Under the pieces are notes generated by a model. The model saw only the letters and a program-made list of their open reading frames with translations, had not been told where the DNA came from and made no database searches. A program made the translations under genes and the position numbers. This document shows, one piece after another, positions 10,501 through 18,561 of a stretch of 64,000 bases of DNA. The stretch is from an uncultured delta proteobacterium (lineage in GTDB: Bacteria > Desulfobacterota > Desulfobulbia > Desulfobulbales > BM004), in the NCBI GenBank assembly GCA_963783905.1, contig CAWAPG010000005.1, forward strand, positions 2,820 through 66,819. The letters run 5' to 3'. The stretch's first letter is position 1; the number at the start of each line of letters is the position of its first letter.

Positions 10501-11289
10501 ATAATGTCGATGGTTGGAGATGTCTTTCTATCTCACCCGATGAACGATTACCAGAGAGTGGATGTGGCGAAGAATATGCCAAAATATAACCGTCCATGCC
10601 GTGAGTTTTGATCGGCAAGGGGGGCAGGCATTCTATGCCTCCTTGCCGGGCCGATGCCGAAACCTGCAAACAGTACCGGGCCAACGGGGCAGGAGACAGG
10701 AATCATCTGGCCTCCGTCCTCCTGGACCACGTTGCGGCGATGGAAAATCCCTCTCTGGAAAAGCCGGCTTTCCTTCGATAAAGCGGCTTTCCCGATTCAC
10801 GTGGTCCACGGCCCGCTCGGCCGGCCCCATCTCCTCTTGGGAGAATATCGGGTCCCGGCCATCTCCTTCAGCGAGGGTGGCGGGAGAGTCTGGGCCGCTC
10901 TTTGCGGGGATGAGTCCGATATCGGCATTGATGTGGCAGCGGCCGATGAATTCCAGGGAGAATATCCCTTGCACCGAGTTTTTCATGACCAGGAGCTGCA
11001 GCATGCATTGAGGTTGACAGGCGGAGATCGGGAAAAAGCAGCAGCCCTGCTCTGGTCCATCAAGGAAGCGGTGGTCAAGGCCCTGGGATGCGCGTTCCAC
11101 CTGGTGGCGCCCCGACAAGTCCTTGTCTATCCAGCCCTGAGCGGAAACGGGGGGTATACTTTTCCAGTGGGCTTATCAAGGCAGGCCCTGGTGCGGTCTC
11201 CCTCCGCTGCCGGCAGCTCCATCCGGGTGCGTTCGTTTCCCCGGGAAAAGTTGTGGCTTTCCATCGCCTTTTTGAAGGTCAATTCATGA
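10497..11289 (+). CDS. Sfp-type 4'-phosphopantetheinyl transferase; N-terminal ~100 codons cannot be read in one frame
   Basis: The C-terminal two thirds (ORF 10654..11289) carry GPLGRPHL...ISFSEGGG...IGIDV and WSIKEAVVKALG (PPTase motifs). An ATGA-coupled ATG at 10497 gives MNNVDGWRCLSISPDERLPE (typical W...LSPDE start) but stops at 10587. All three frames contain stops between 10497 and 10780. Stop 11287-11289 overlaps the next ATG. Confidence 0.7.
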
Positions 11290-12239
11290 CAAAAGAAGCT
11301 GAATACGCCATCGAAGTCGAAAAACTGACGAAGCGCTACGGGGATTTGGAGGCGGTTAATGACATTTCGTTCAATGTCAGGCAAGGCGAGGTTTTCGCCT
11401 TGCTGGGCCCCAACGGAGCCGGTAAGACCACTACCGTCGAGATAATCGAAACCACCCGCAGGCCAACCTCGGGGATCGTTCGTCTGCTCGGGATGGACGT
11501 CACAAAGGAAAAGCGCAACATCGTCCCCCGCATCGGGGTCCTGCCCCAGGGGTTCAGCTCGTTTGACCGGATAACGGTCAGGGAGACCTTGCAGTATTAC
11601 TCGCGGCTCTTCAGTAGCAGAAACGCCGATATCGACGGGCTGATAGAGCTCGTGAAGCTCACGGATAAGGCCCGGGAGCAGTACATGAGCCTCTCCGGGG
11701 GGTTAAAGCAGCGACTCGGAATCGCCATTGCCCTGGTCAACGACCCCGAGGTGGTGTTTCTCGACGAGCCGACCACCGGACTCGACCCGCGCGCCAGGCA
11801 CGAGGTGTGGGATGTCCTGGTGGGCCTGAAAAAGCAGGGAAAGACGGTATTTCTCACCACGCACTACATGGAGGAAGCCGAGCTGCTGGCAGACACGGTA
11901 GCCATTATCTCCAAGGGCAGGATAATCGCCATGGACTCTCCCGAGCATCTCATGGCAAGCAATGCGGATTACCTGATCCTCACGCTCCAGGGCGTTGATG
12001 AAAAAGCTTTTGAGGTCGTTGGGAAGATGGGCTTTGATCCGCAACTTAGCAACCACAAGAACATTACGGTGAGGATCAATCGCATGGACGACATCCGCAA
12101 TATATTGAACGCCATGGACGATGCCGGGGCGCCGGTGCTCAGCATGGACGTTCGCAAGCCCAACCTCGAACAGGTTTTCCTGAAGCTCACCGGCGAGGCG
12201 CTCCACGAAGGCGCCGCCGAGGAAAAGGGGGCAGTATGA
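11286..12239 (+). CDS. ABC transporter ATP-binding protein
   Basis: Walker A GPNGAGKTTT, signature LSGGLKQRL, Walker B VVFLDEPTTGLD. ATG 11286 overlaps the PPTase stop (ATGA), and the stop overlaps the permease ATG at 12236. Confidence 0.9.
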   Translation: MTKEAEYAIEVEKLTKRYGDLEAVNDISFNVRQGEVFALLGPNGAGKTTTVEIIETTRRPTSGIVRLLGMDVTKEKRNIVPRIGVLPQGFSSFDRITVRETLQYYSRLFSSRNADIDGLIELVKLTDKAREQYMSLSGGLKQRLGIAIALVNDPEVVFLDEPTTGLDPRARHEVWDVLVGLKKQGKTVFLTTHYMEEAELLADTVAIISKGRIIAMDSPEHLMASNADYLILTLQGVDEKAFEVVGKMGFDPQLSNHKNITVRINRMDDIRNILNAMDDAGAPVLSMDVRKPNLEQVFLKLTGEALHEGAAEEKGAV

Positions 12240-13352
12240 ATTTGCGCGTTGTTGCCGCAAGTCTGGTCATAAGCTTCAAGAGCTTTTACCGCGAAAAGAC
12301 CACCATGTTCTTTACCTTGACCTTCCCGATCATGCTGATCCTGGTGTTCGGCACCATTTTCATGGATGACGACAAGATCAACTTCAACCTGTGCGTGCAG
12401 GACCTCGATCAAACCGCCACCTCGGCGGAGATCTCCCAGGCCCTTGACTATACCGGCAAGCTCCAGATAACCCAGGTTGATCCGGCCATCGACGCCACCC
12501 AGTACGCCAAGGACAACCAGGTCAACCTTGTCCTCGTGATTCCCAAAGGCTACGAAGAAGCTTACGGACGAATATCTGCAATCAGACTATCCCAGCGCCT
12601 TCGTTACCTTCACGTATATCTACGACCCCAGCTCAGTCTCGGTGGTTGATAAGATGCAGATCCTGGAGATGGTGTTTGCCAGGCTGAACCAGGGGCTGAC
12701 CGCAATGCCGCCGTTCATCAGGACGAAGACCGTATCGATACACACCCGGAAATACCGGTTCATCGAGTTCTTCATCCCCGGCATCATCGCCATGATGGTC
12801 ATGACCGAGAGCATGTTCGGCACGGTGAACGTGAATACGGAGCTGCGGCAGAAAGGCATCATCAGGAAGCTGGCCACCACCCCCATCACCCGTACCGACT
12901 GGATCGTGTCGAACATTCTGTACCAGTTCATGCTCGCGGTCATCGCCACCACGGCCATGCTGCTGGTGGGCTATGGTGTGTTTGACGTCAAATTGCAGAT
13001 AAACGCCTGGCTGCCGTTGTTCATTGTGCTTGACGTCTTCATGTTCGTCGGCATCGGCATGCTGCTCACCCGCGTCGTGCGGGAGGCGCAGAGCGCCGCC
13101 GCCGCCGCCAACGCCGTTGCCTTTCCGATGATGTTTCTCTCCGGCAGTTTCTTTCCCCTGGAGATGATGCCGCGCTTCCTGCAGACCTTCGCCAAAGTGC
13201 TGCCTCTGTACTATGTCAACGAGGGCCTCCGGGCCTCCATGGTGTTTCACGACAACATGGCCTCCCTGCGTTACGCCGCTATCTTAGGAGCTCTCGCTAC
13301 CGCGGTCTTCATCGTGGGCATAACGGCCACTCGATGGGAGGAGAGCAAGTAA
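12236..13352 (+). CDS. ABC-2 type transporter permease (one internal frame change)
   Basis: ORFs 12236..12649 and 12642..13352 are joined by an indel near 12565-12570 (KGYEEAYG then EYLQSDYPSAFVTFTYIYDPSSVSVVDKMQ in the next frame). The protein has an N-terminal TM helix, a periplasmic loop, and a C-terminal multi-TM ABC-2 domain (FFIPGIIAMMVM..., AFPMMFLSGSFFPLEMMP). Confidence 0.8.
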
Positions 13353-13603
13353 TGGGATTAGCACTCACAGAGCACCGAATCTGCTTTGTTATTGCCCTGT
13401 TCGCATACGGATGTATAGCGCGAACAGAACGATGTCGCGCATCTCCGGCACCCTGCGAGTGCTGCTTACAGGGTGCCGAGCAAGCGGCAACGAGGCAAGC
13501 GCTTCTCCCCACGTCGATAAACGGTTAGAGGGTACTACAGGTAAGCGAGCCTGCGAGACTCCGAAGGAGACGCGGTGCCCTTTTGTGACAGCTTACGGTC
13601 AGT

Positions 13604-14605
13604 CTACCGCCGGCGCACCCAATCGCAGCTGAGGCAGGTCGGAAACCCGCGATAGTCGAGCTTGCCGAAGTTCCTCCTGATTGCGGCCAACGTCGGCCCA
13701 TTCCAGATTTCCCTTAGACTCTGGGAATTCACATCTCCTACGCCCTGAACGCCATTGTAATCTACGCAACAGGTAACGGCCCTGCCGTTGCAGAGCACCG
13801 ACAGGGCTGACCAGGGGTAAAAACAGACAGACACAATCCTTTTTCCCAGAACGTTGTACGACTTCCCGCCGCCAAAGTTGTCCAAAGAGCTGATATTCAT
13901 GCAGTCGCCGCTATTTTTATCCGGCAGAGAACGGTACAGAGCTTGAAACTCCTCGCTTCTGGCCCCATTGGCTTCCTGGGGCAGGTATTGCAGGATCAGC
14001 TTCGGGGTCTTTTCCCCCAGTTCCTTCCTTATTCTCATAAAGTCTTTGATGTTTTGCAGCGTCACCTTGAAATCCAGCCTTCTCATGGTGGCGTTATATG
14101 ATTGTTCATCGGTGCCGTAAAAACTGATCTTCATCCTATCCAATCCCGCATGAATGATCTTTCTCGATGTCTCGGGGAACAGTAACGATCCATTGGTCAC
14201 GATATAGGTATGCTTTATCCCGCAGGCCTTGGCGAGCGCGATTCTTTCAGGCAATAATGGATCCAGAAGCGGTTCGCCGAACCCGTGCAGATGGACGACG
14301 GGTTTTCGGCGCGCACTGGAGAGTTCTGCCATGATCTTTTCGAATAAGCCAAACTCCATGAAGCCGTGTTTTCGGGTCAGCGTGTCGCGAGGGCACATAA
14401 CACACTGCGCGTTGCAGCAGTTGGTATTCTCGATCAGTAGCACCGAGGGCAAGGGGAGGTGGTGTCGGTAATATGGATAATAAAGCAGGGGGGTCCGGGC
14501 CAATGACGTCAACAGGCACTTTGTTATCTTGTCCCGGATGTTCAGAATCATGTTGCCTGCTTCGTTTAGTCGTAACCGTTCGGGGAAAATGCAACTCTTT
14601 CTCAT
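13604..14605 (-). CDS. Radical SAM enzyme with C-terminal SPASM/twitch-like Cys-rich domain
   Basis: CxxxCxxC cluster motif CNAQCVMCP lies at ~14400-14430 on the minus strand, followed by GFGEPLLDP. The C-terminal Cys-rich stretch is CFYPWSALSVLCNGRAVTCCVDYNG...FPTCLSCDW. The gene starts 20 nt downstream of the FAAL-ACP-AOS stop. An alternative start is at 14551. Confidence 0.8.
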   Translation of the reverse strand: MRKSCIFPERLRLNEAGNMILNIRDKITKCLLTSLARTPLLYYPYYRHHLPLPSVLLIENTNCCNAQCVMCPRDTLTRKHGFMEFGLFEKIMAELSSARRKPVVHLHGFGEPLLDPLLPERIALAKACGIKHTYIVTNGSLLFPETSRKIIHAGLDRMKISFYGTDEQSYNATMRRLDFKVTLQNIKDFMRIRKELGEKTPKLILQYLPQEANGARSEEFQALYRSLPDKNSGDCMNISSLDNFGGGKSYNVLGKRIVSVCFYPWSALSVLCNGRAVTCCVDYNGVQGVGDVNSQSLREIWNGPTLAAIRRNFGKLDYRGFPTCLSCDWVRRR

Positions 14606-14625
14606 TGCCGGTAAACGGTTACCGT

Positions 14626-17600
14626 TTAGTCATGCTGCAAGGCTTCCAGCTCCGCAACGACAACATCCAGGGTAAAACGAATCTGTTCGGGCGTATGGGT
14701 GCAGTTGACAAAAAAGCGCAGCCGGGCAAAGTTGTCAGGAACTGCCGGATAGACCATGGGCAAGACATCGATCCCCTGCTGGGAGAGGGATTGCGAGAGT
14801 CTTGTCGCCTTCAGGGAATCTCCCACGATCAACGGAATTATAGCGGAATCGCAACTGCCGGCGCCGGTATTGAGACCCCTTTCCCGAGCCAGCAGATGAA
14901 AAAGCCCGGCGAGTTCATGGAGGTGCGTCACCCGCTGCGGCTCCTTCCGCAACAAGCGAATGGCGGCCAGGGCTGATGCGACATTCGGCGGCGATATGCC
15001 CACGCTGTAGACGAAGCCCGGCGCCGTGTATTTCAGGTATTCGATGAGGGCCCGGGAGCCGGCGATGTAACCTCCGCAACTGGCAAAGGATTTGCTCAAG
15101 GTGCCCATCCAAAGTTCCACATCGGCGGGATTGACACCAAAGTGCTCGCCAATCCCCCTGCCTCTTTTCCCCAATGCCCCGATGGAATGGGCCTCGTCCA
15201 CCATGAGAAGGGCACCGTACCGTTTCTTTATCTTGATAAACTCCGGAAGTTCAGGGATATCACCATCCATACTGTAAAGGCCTTCGATAACCACGAGGGC
15301 CCGTCGGAAACGGGGTCGCGACTCCTTGAGAATCGTGTCCAGGGCTCGCCAGTTGTTGTGCGGAAAAGAAAGAGACGTTGCCTGGGAGAGCCGGCATCCC
15401 TGGAGAACACTGTTGTGGATCAGGGCATCATGAATGATGAGGTCGGATTTGCCGAAAAGATGGCCGATAGTGGTCACGTTGGTGGCATGGCCGCTCACAA
15501 ATACCAGGCTGTCCTCGGTACCAATCAAATCGGCGATTTCTTGCTCAAGCTCCCGATGCAGGGGCCTTTCGCCTGAGGCAATACGGCTTGCCGAAACGGA
15601 CGTGCCGTAGCGGTCGATGGCGTCTTTGGCGGCTTGCGATACGACCGGATCTCCGGACATACCCAGGTAATTGTACCTGGAAAATGAAATGAACTCTCGA
15701 CCTGCGGCAATGGCGCAATTGAAGTCGACCCCTTCGTGCACCCGGAAGTAAGGATTGTCGATACCCCGCGCCTTCATTCCCTGGATGATCCGCTGCAGAT
15801 TCCGGTATTCGGGGTAGTCCGCAAACGGCAGGTACTCCGGTTGTATCTTAGGGGCCTTGCCATGGACGTCAGCCTTTTCCGCCGGCTCTCCGGATTGACG
15901 GCCGGATGAAAGCAGCTTTCCCAAAGGTCCGTCTTTGGCTTCAAGTCCTCTTCCCGACGTCCTTTGCCAGAGAACATGCGCTGTCAGGTCGGAAATACCA
16001 GCCCCCAGAAAGAGCGCCTCAAAGGGAAACTCGATTCCCATCTCTTCTTCAATGTCCGTCTTCATCTCCATTGCCATCAAAGAATCAATGCCCATCATAT
16101 TCAGGGGACAGTGCACATCCACCCTGGAGAACGGGATCTTCAGGAGGTCCGCCACCTTTTTGGTAATATAATGCTCAATGGCACGGAAGAACTCCGACGT
16201 ATCTTTTGTCTCCATGTCATCCGATTCCAACAAGTCGAGCTTAAGTGCACGGCCATCCGGAAGGCTTGCAGCCGACGTGTCCGTTCTCATGTGGCCCGGT
16301 TTCCATTCGTCCCATGCCTCGTCGCGGGGTATCCTCGGCTCAACTTCCCAGGAAGGGACCGGACACTTGGCAACAACCTGCAAGTTGCCCTGGATGAAAT
16401 GTTCCCGACAAAGGCGACGTTGGACCTTGCCACTGGTCGTTTTGGGAAGACTTGCGGTCTTGATGAGCGCCACCGCGTAAACCCCGATTCCATGCTCTCT
16501 TGATACACTTTGGCAAATGGATTTGACCACCGCCACTGCGTCAAGTTTTCTGAGGTGTAGTCGCTCGATCTCCTGCACCACCACCAACCGTTCATCACCC
16601 CCGACTTCAACGGCGAACGCCACCCCGCAGCCTGGCCGCAAGGCCTCATGGCTTCTCTCCACGGTCCCCTCAATGTCTTGCGGATAGTAATTGAGGCCCC
16701 GGATGATAATGAGGTCCTTCAGACGACCGGTGACAATGAGCTGGCCGGCATGGATGAACCCGAGGTCTCCCGTACGCAGAAAGGGACCTTCTCCCGTATC
16801 AGCAAGCCTTGCCCGGAAGGTCTGCTCCGAATCTTCGGGCCGATTCCAATATCCTTGGGCAACACTTGGTCCAGAGATCCATATTTCTCCGATCTTATCG
16901 CGCTCGCAGAGAGTTTGCGTCTCCGGGTCGACGATCACAATCTCATGGCCCGGCAACACTTCCCCGGTTCCAACCAGCTCGAAATCGTGCTCGCTGTCTT
17001 CTGCCGCCAGGGAAAAGCGGCCGGCTATCAACGCCTGCGCGTCCACCTGCAGGAATGTCGGTTTGGCGCTTTTGTCGCATCCGGTGGCGATAAGGGTCAT
17101 TTCCGAGAGACCATAACAGGGCAGAAATGCTTTTTGCCGAAAGCCGCAGGGTTCGAACGCCGCGGTAAAGCGCTGGAGCGTCTCCCACCTGACCGGCTCG
17201 GCACCGTTAAAAGCGACATCCCAACTGCTCAGATCAAGCTCTGACTTCTGCTCCGGCGTGATCTTTTGCACACAAAGATCGTAGGCGAAATTCGGCCCGC
17301 CGCTGCTCGTGCCCTTATAGCGTGAGATGGCCATAAGCCAGCGGAGCGGTTTTTGGATGAAATGCACTGGCGATATCAGGATCGCATCTCCACCTGCGTA
17401 AAGGGGCTGGATGATCCCACCGACCAACCCCATGTCGTGGTAAGGCGGCAGCCAGATTATGCCGCGCATACTCGATGAATGCCCAAAAACTGTTTGGATG
17501 GCGGCTGAATTATGGAGGATGTTTCCATGGCTGACCATTATGCCCTTGGGATTTCCCGTGGAACCGGAGGTGTATTGGAAGACAGCGGAGGAATCAGCAC

Positions 17601-18141
17601 CTAGGGGGGGTTCCTGCCAACCATCTGCCAGGTCGTCGGCAATGGTGTCGGTTGCTATCCAGTTGAGGGTCGCCAGCCCGGGAGTCTGACCTATTTGGTG
17701 TCCGTACTTCTCCAGGGTTGAGGCGGTGGAGAGAGCCGCTGCTGGTTCTGCGTCGGCTGCCGTTGCGGCGAGGCTGGCCAGGAACCGGTTGGAATACGGG
17801 AGATTGACCGGCACGGCGACCATGCCCGCACACAGGCACCCGAAGAATGCCGCGGGAAACTCGATGCCCGTAGGGTAAAGCAAAAGGACTCTTTCCCCCG
17901 GAGAGAAACGAGATTGAAGATGTGCGGCAATGGCAAGCGCCCTCTGTTCCAGCTCACAATATGTCAGTCCGGTTTCTTGTGATTCTCCATCGTTGAGATA
18001 GGTGTAGATGGTTTTCTCTCCATGGACTTGAGCCCTTCGGCGCAGCAGGTGGATCAGGTTCGTAACTCCTGGCGTGCAACTCCTGGGGACCGGGGAGAAG
18101 TGAGCCGTATGGCTTGAATCGTCTTCCAGACTATTATACAT
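14626..18141 (-). CDS. Tri-domain fusion: fatty acyl-AMP ligase (FAAL) - ACP - PLP-dependent alpha-oxoamine synthase (Spt/BioF/Kbl family)
   Basis: Intact 1171-aa ORF. FAAL motifs are FQYTSGSTGNPKGIMVSHGNILHN, YGLSE, TGDLGF and PKTTSGKVQR. The ACP motif is MGIDSLMAMEM (Ser codon 16081-16083). The AOS domain has YNYLGMS, SGHATN, DEAHSIG and the PLP-lysine in GTLSKSFASCGGY (Lys codon 15091-15093). Confidence 0.85.
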   Translation of the reverse strand: MYNSLEDDSSHTAHFSPVPRSCTPGVTNLIHLLRRRAQVHGEKTIYTYLNDGESQETGLTYCELEQRALAIAAHLQSRFSPGERVLLLYPTGIEFPAAFFGCLCAGMVAVPVNLPYSNRFLASLAATAADAEPAAALSTASTLEKYGHQIGQTPGLATLNWIATDTIADDLADGWQEPPLGADSSAVFQYTSGSTGNPKGIMVSHGNILHNSAAIQTVFGHSSSMRGIIWLPPYHDMGLVGGIIQPLYAGGDAILISPVHFIQKPLRWLMAISRYKGTSSGGPNFAYDLCVQKITPEQKSELDLSSWDVAFNGAEPVRWETLQRFTAAFEPCGFRQKAFLPCYGLSEMTLIATGCDKSAKPTFLQVDAQALIAGRFSLAAEDSEHDFELVGTGEVLPGHEIVIVDPETQTLCERDKIGEIWISGPSVAQGYWNRPEDSEQTFRARLADTGEGPFLRTGDLGFIHAGQLIVTGRLKDLIIIRGLNYYPQDIEGTVERSHEALRPGCGVAFAVEVGGDERLVVVQEIERLHLRKLDAVAVVKSICQSVSREHGIGVYAVALIKTASLPKTTSGKVQRRLCREHFIQGNLQVVAKCPVPSWEVEPRIPRDEAWDEWKPGHMRTDTSAASLPDGRALKLDLLESDDMETKDTSEFFRAIEHYITKKVADLLKIPFSRVDVHCPLNMMGIDSLMAMEMKTDIEEEMGIEFPFEALFLGAGISDLTAHVLWQRTSGRGLEAKDGPLGKLLSSGRQSGEPAEKADVHGKAPKIQPEYLPFADYPEYRNLQRIIQGMKARGIDNPYFRVHEGVDFNCAIAAGREFISFSRYNYLGMSGDPVVSQAAKDAIDRYGTSVSASRIASGERPLHRELEQEIADLIGTEDSLVFVSGHATNVTTIGHLFGKSDLIIHDALIHNSVLQGCRLSQATSLSFPHNNWRALDTILKESRPRFRRALVVIEGLYSMDGDIPELPEFIKIKKRYGALLMVDEAHSIGALGKRGRGIGEHFGVNPADVELWMGTLSKSFASCGGYIAGSRALIEYLKYTAPGFVYSVGISPPNVASALAAIRLLRKEPQRVTHLHELAGLFHLLARERGLNTGAGSCDSAIIPLIVGDSLKATRLSQSLSQQGIDVLPMVYPAVPDNFARLRFFVNCTHTPEQIRFTLDVVVAELEALQHD

Positions 18142-18471
18142 TTCTTCCTTTTCGGTCGAAGAAACTTTTTTTGTTTCAAGATAATCCTGTCGTATATTCG
18201 CAACAAGATGTGTTTCATGTCCTTACTATTTGAAACATATAATAAATCTTTAGAGTAGTGCAACTAAAAGAATGGGGAAAGCAAGGCGTAAAGGGATAAA
18301 TATTCGAGGGGCCAGACTACTTGAGAGGTTTCTCTCTAAACCTTTTTCACAACAAGTAATATAAGTTTTCATTACGATAGTTAAATCTAAAACTCACATT
18401 TTTTCAAATGAAGATAAAAGGTATTTCGGGGCAGACCATGTATTTTTATCCACCAGCTTTCATTGCAGAGC

Positions 18472-18520
18472 AAAAAGAAATGAGCGCCTTTCCATGTACT
18501 GGAAAGGCGCTCATTTTTAT
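18472..18520 (-). terminator. Rho-independent terminator (bidirectional architecture) after the ZraP/CpxP-like gene
   Basis: A perfect 13-14 bp stem pairs 18481-18493 (tgagcgcctttcc) with 18501-18513 (ggaaaggcgctca) around a 7-nt loop. It is flanked by an A-run on the left (a T-run on the minus strand) and ttttt on the right. Confidence 0.65.
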
Positions 18521-18561
18521 AGGGGTATGAGAAAGTAGGCAGGAAAAACTAAGATCAAATA

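Noticed and set aside
10606-10608. In-frame TGA in the PPTase frame as a possible selenocysteine or read-through codon
   Set aside because: PPTases are not known selenoproteins. No SECIS-like hairpin immediately follows. The surrounding 300 nt also has other frame problems.
7700-12640. Reading the broken PKS, PPTase and permease genes as pseudogenes or as programmed ribosomal frameshifts
   Set aside because: The essential rpoC and rplK genes in the same window show the same kind of breaks, one of them in a C homopolymer. No slippery heptamer with a downstream structure is evident. Conserved motifs continue undisturbed after each break. Sequence error is the default explanation until reads are checked.
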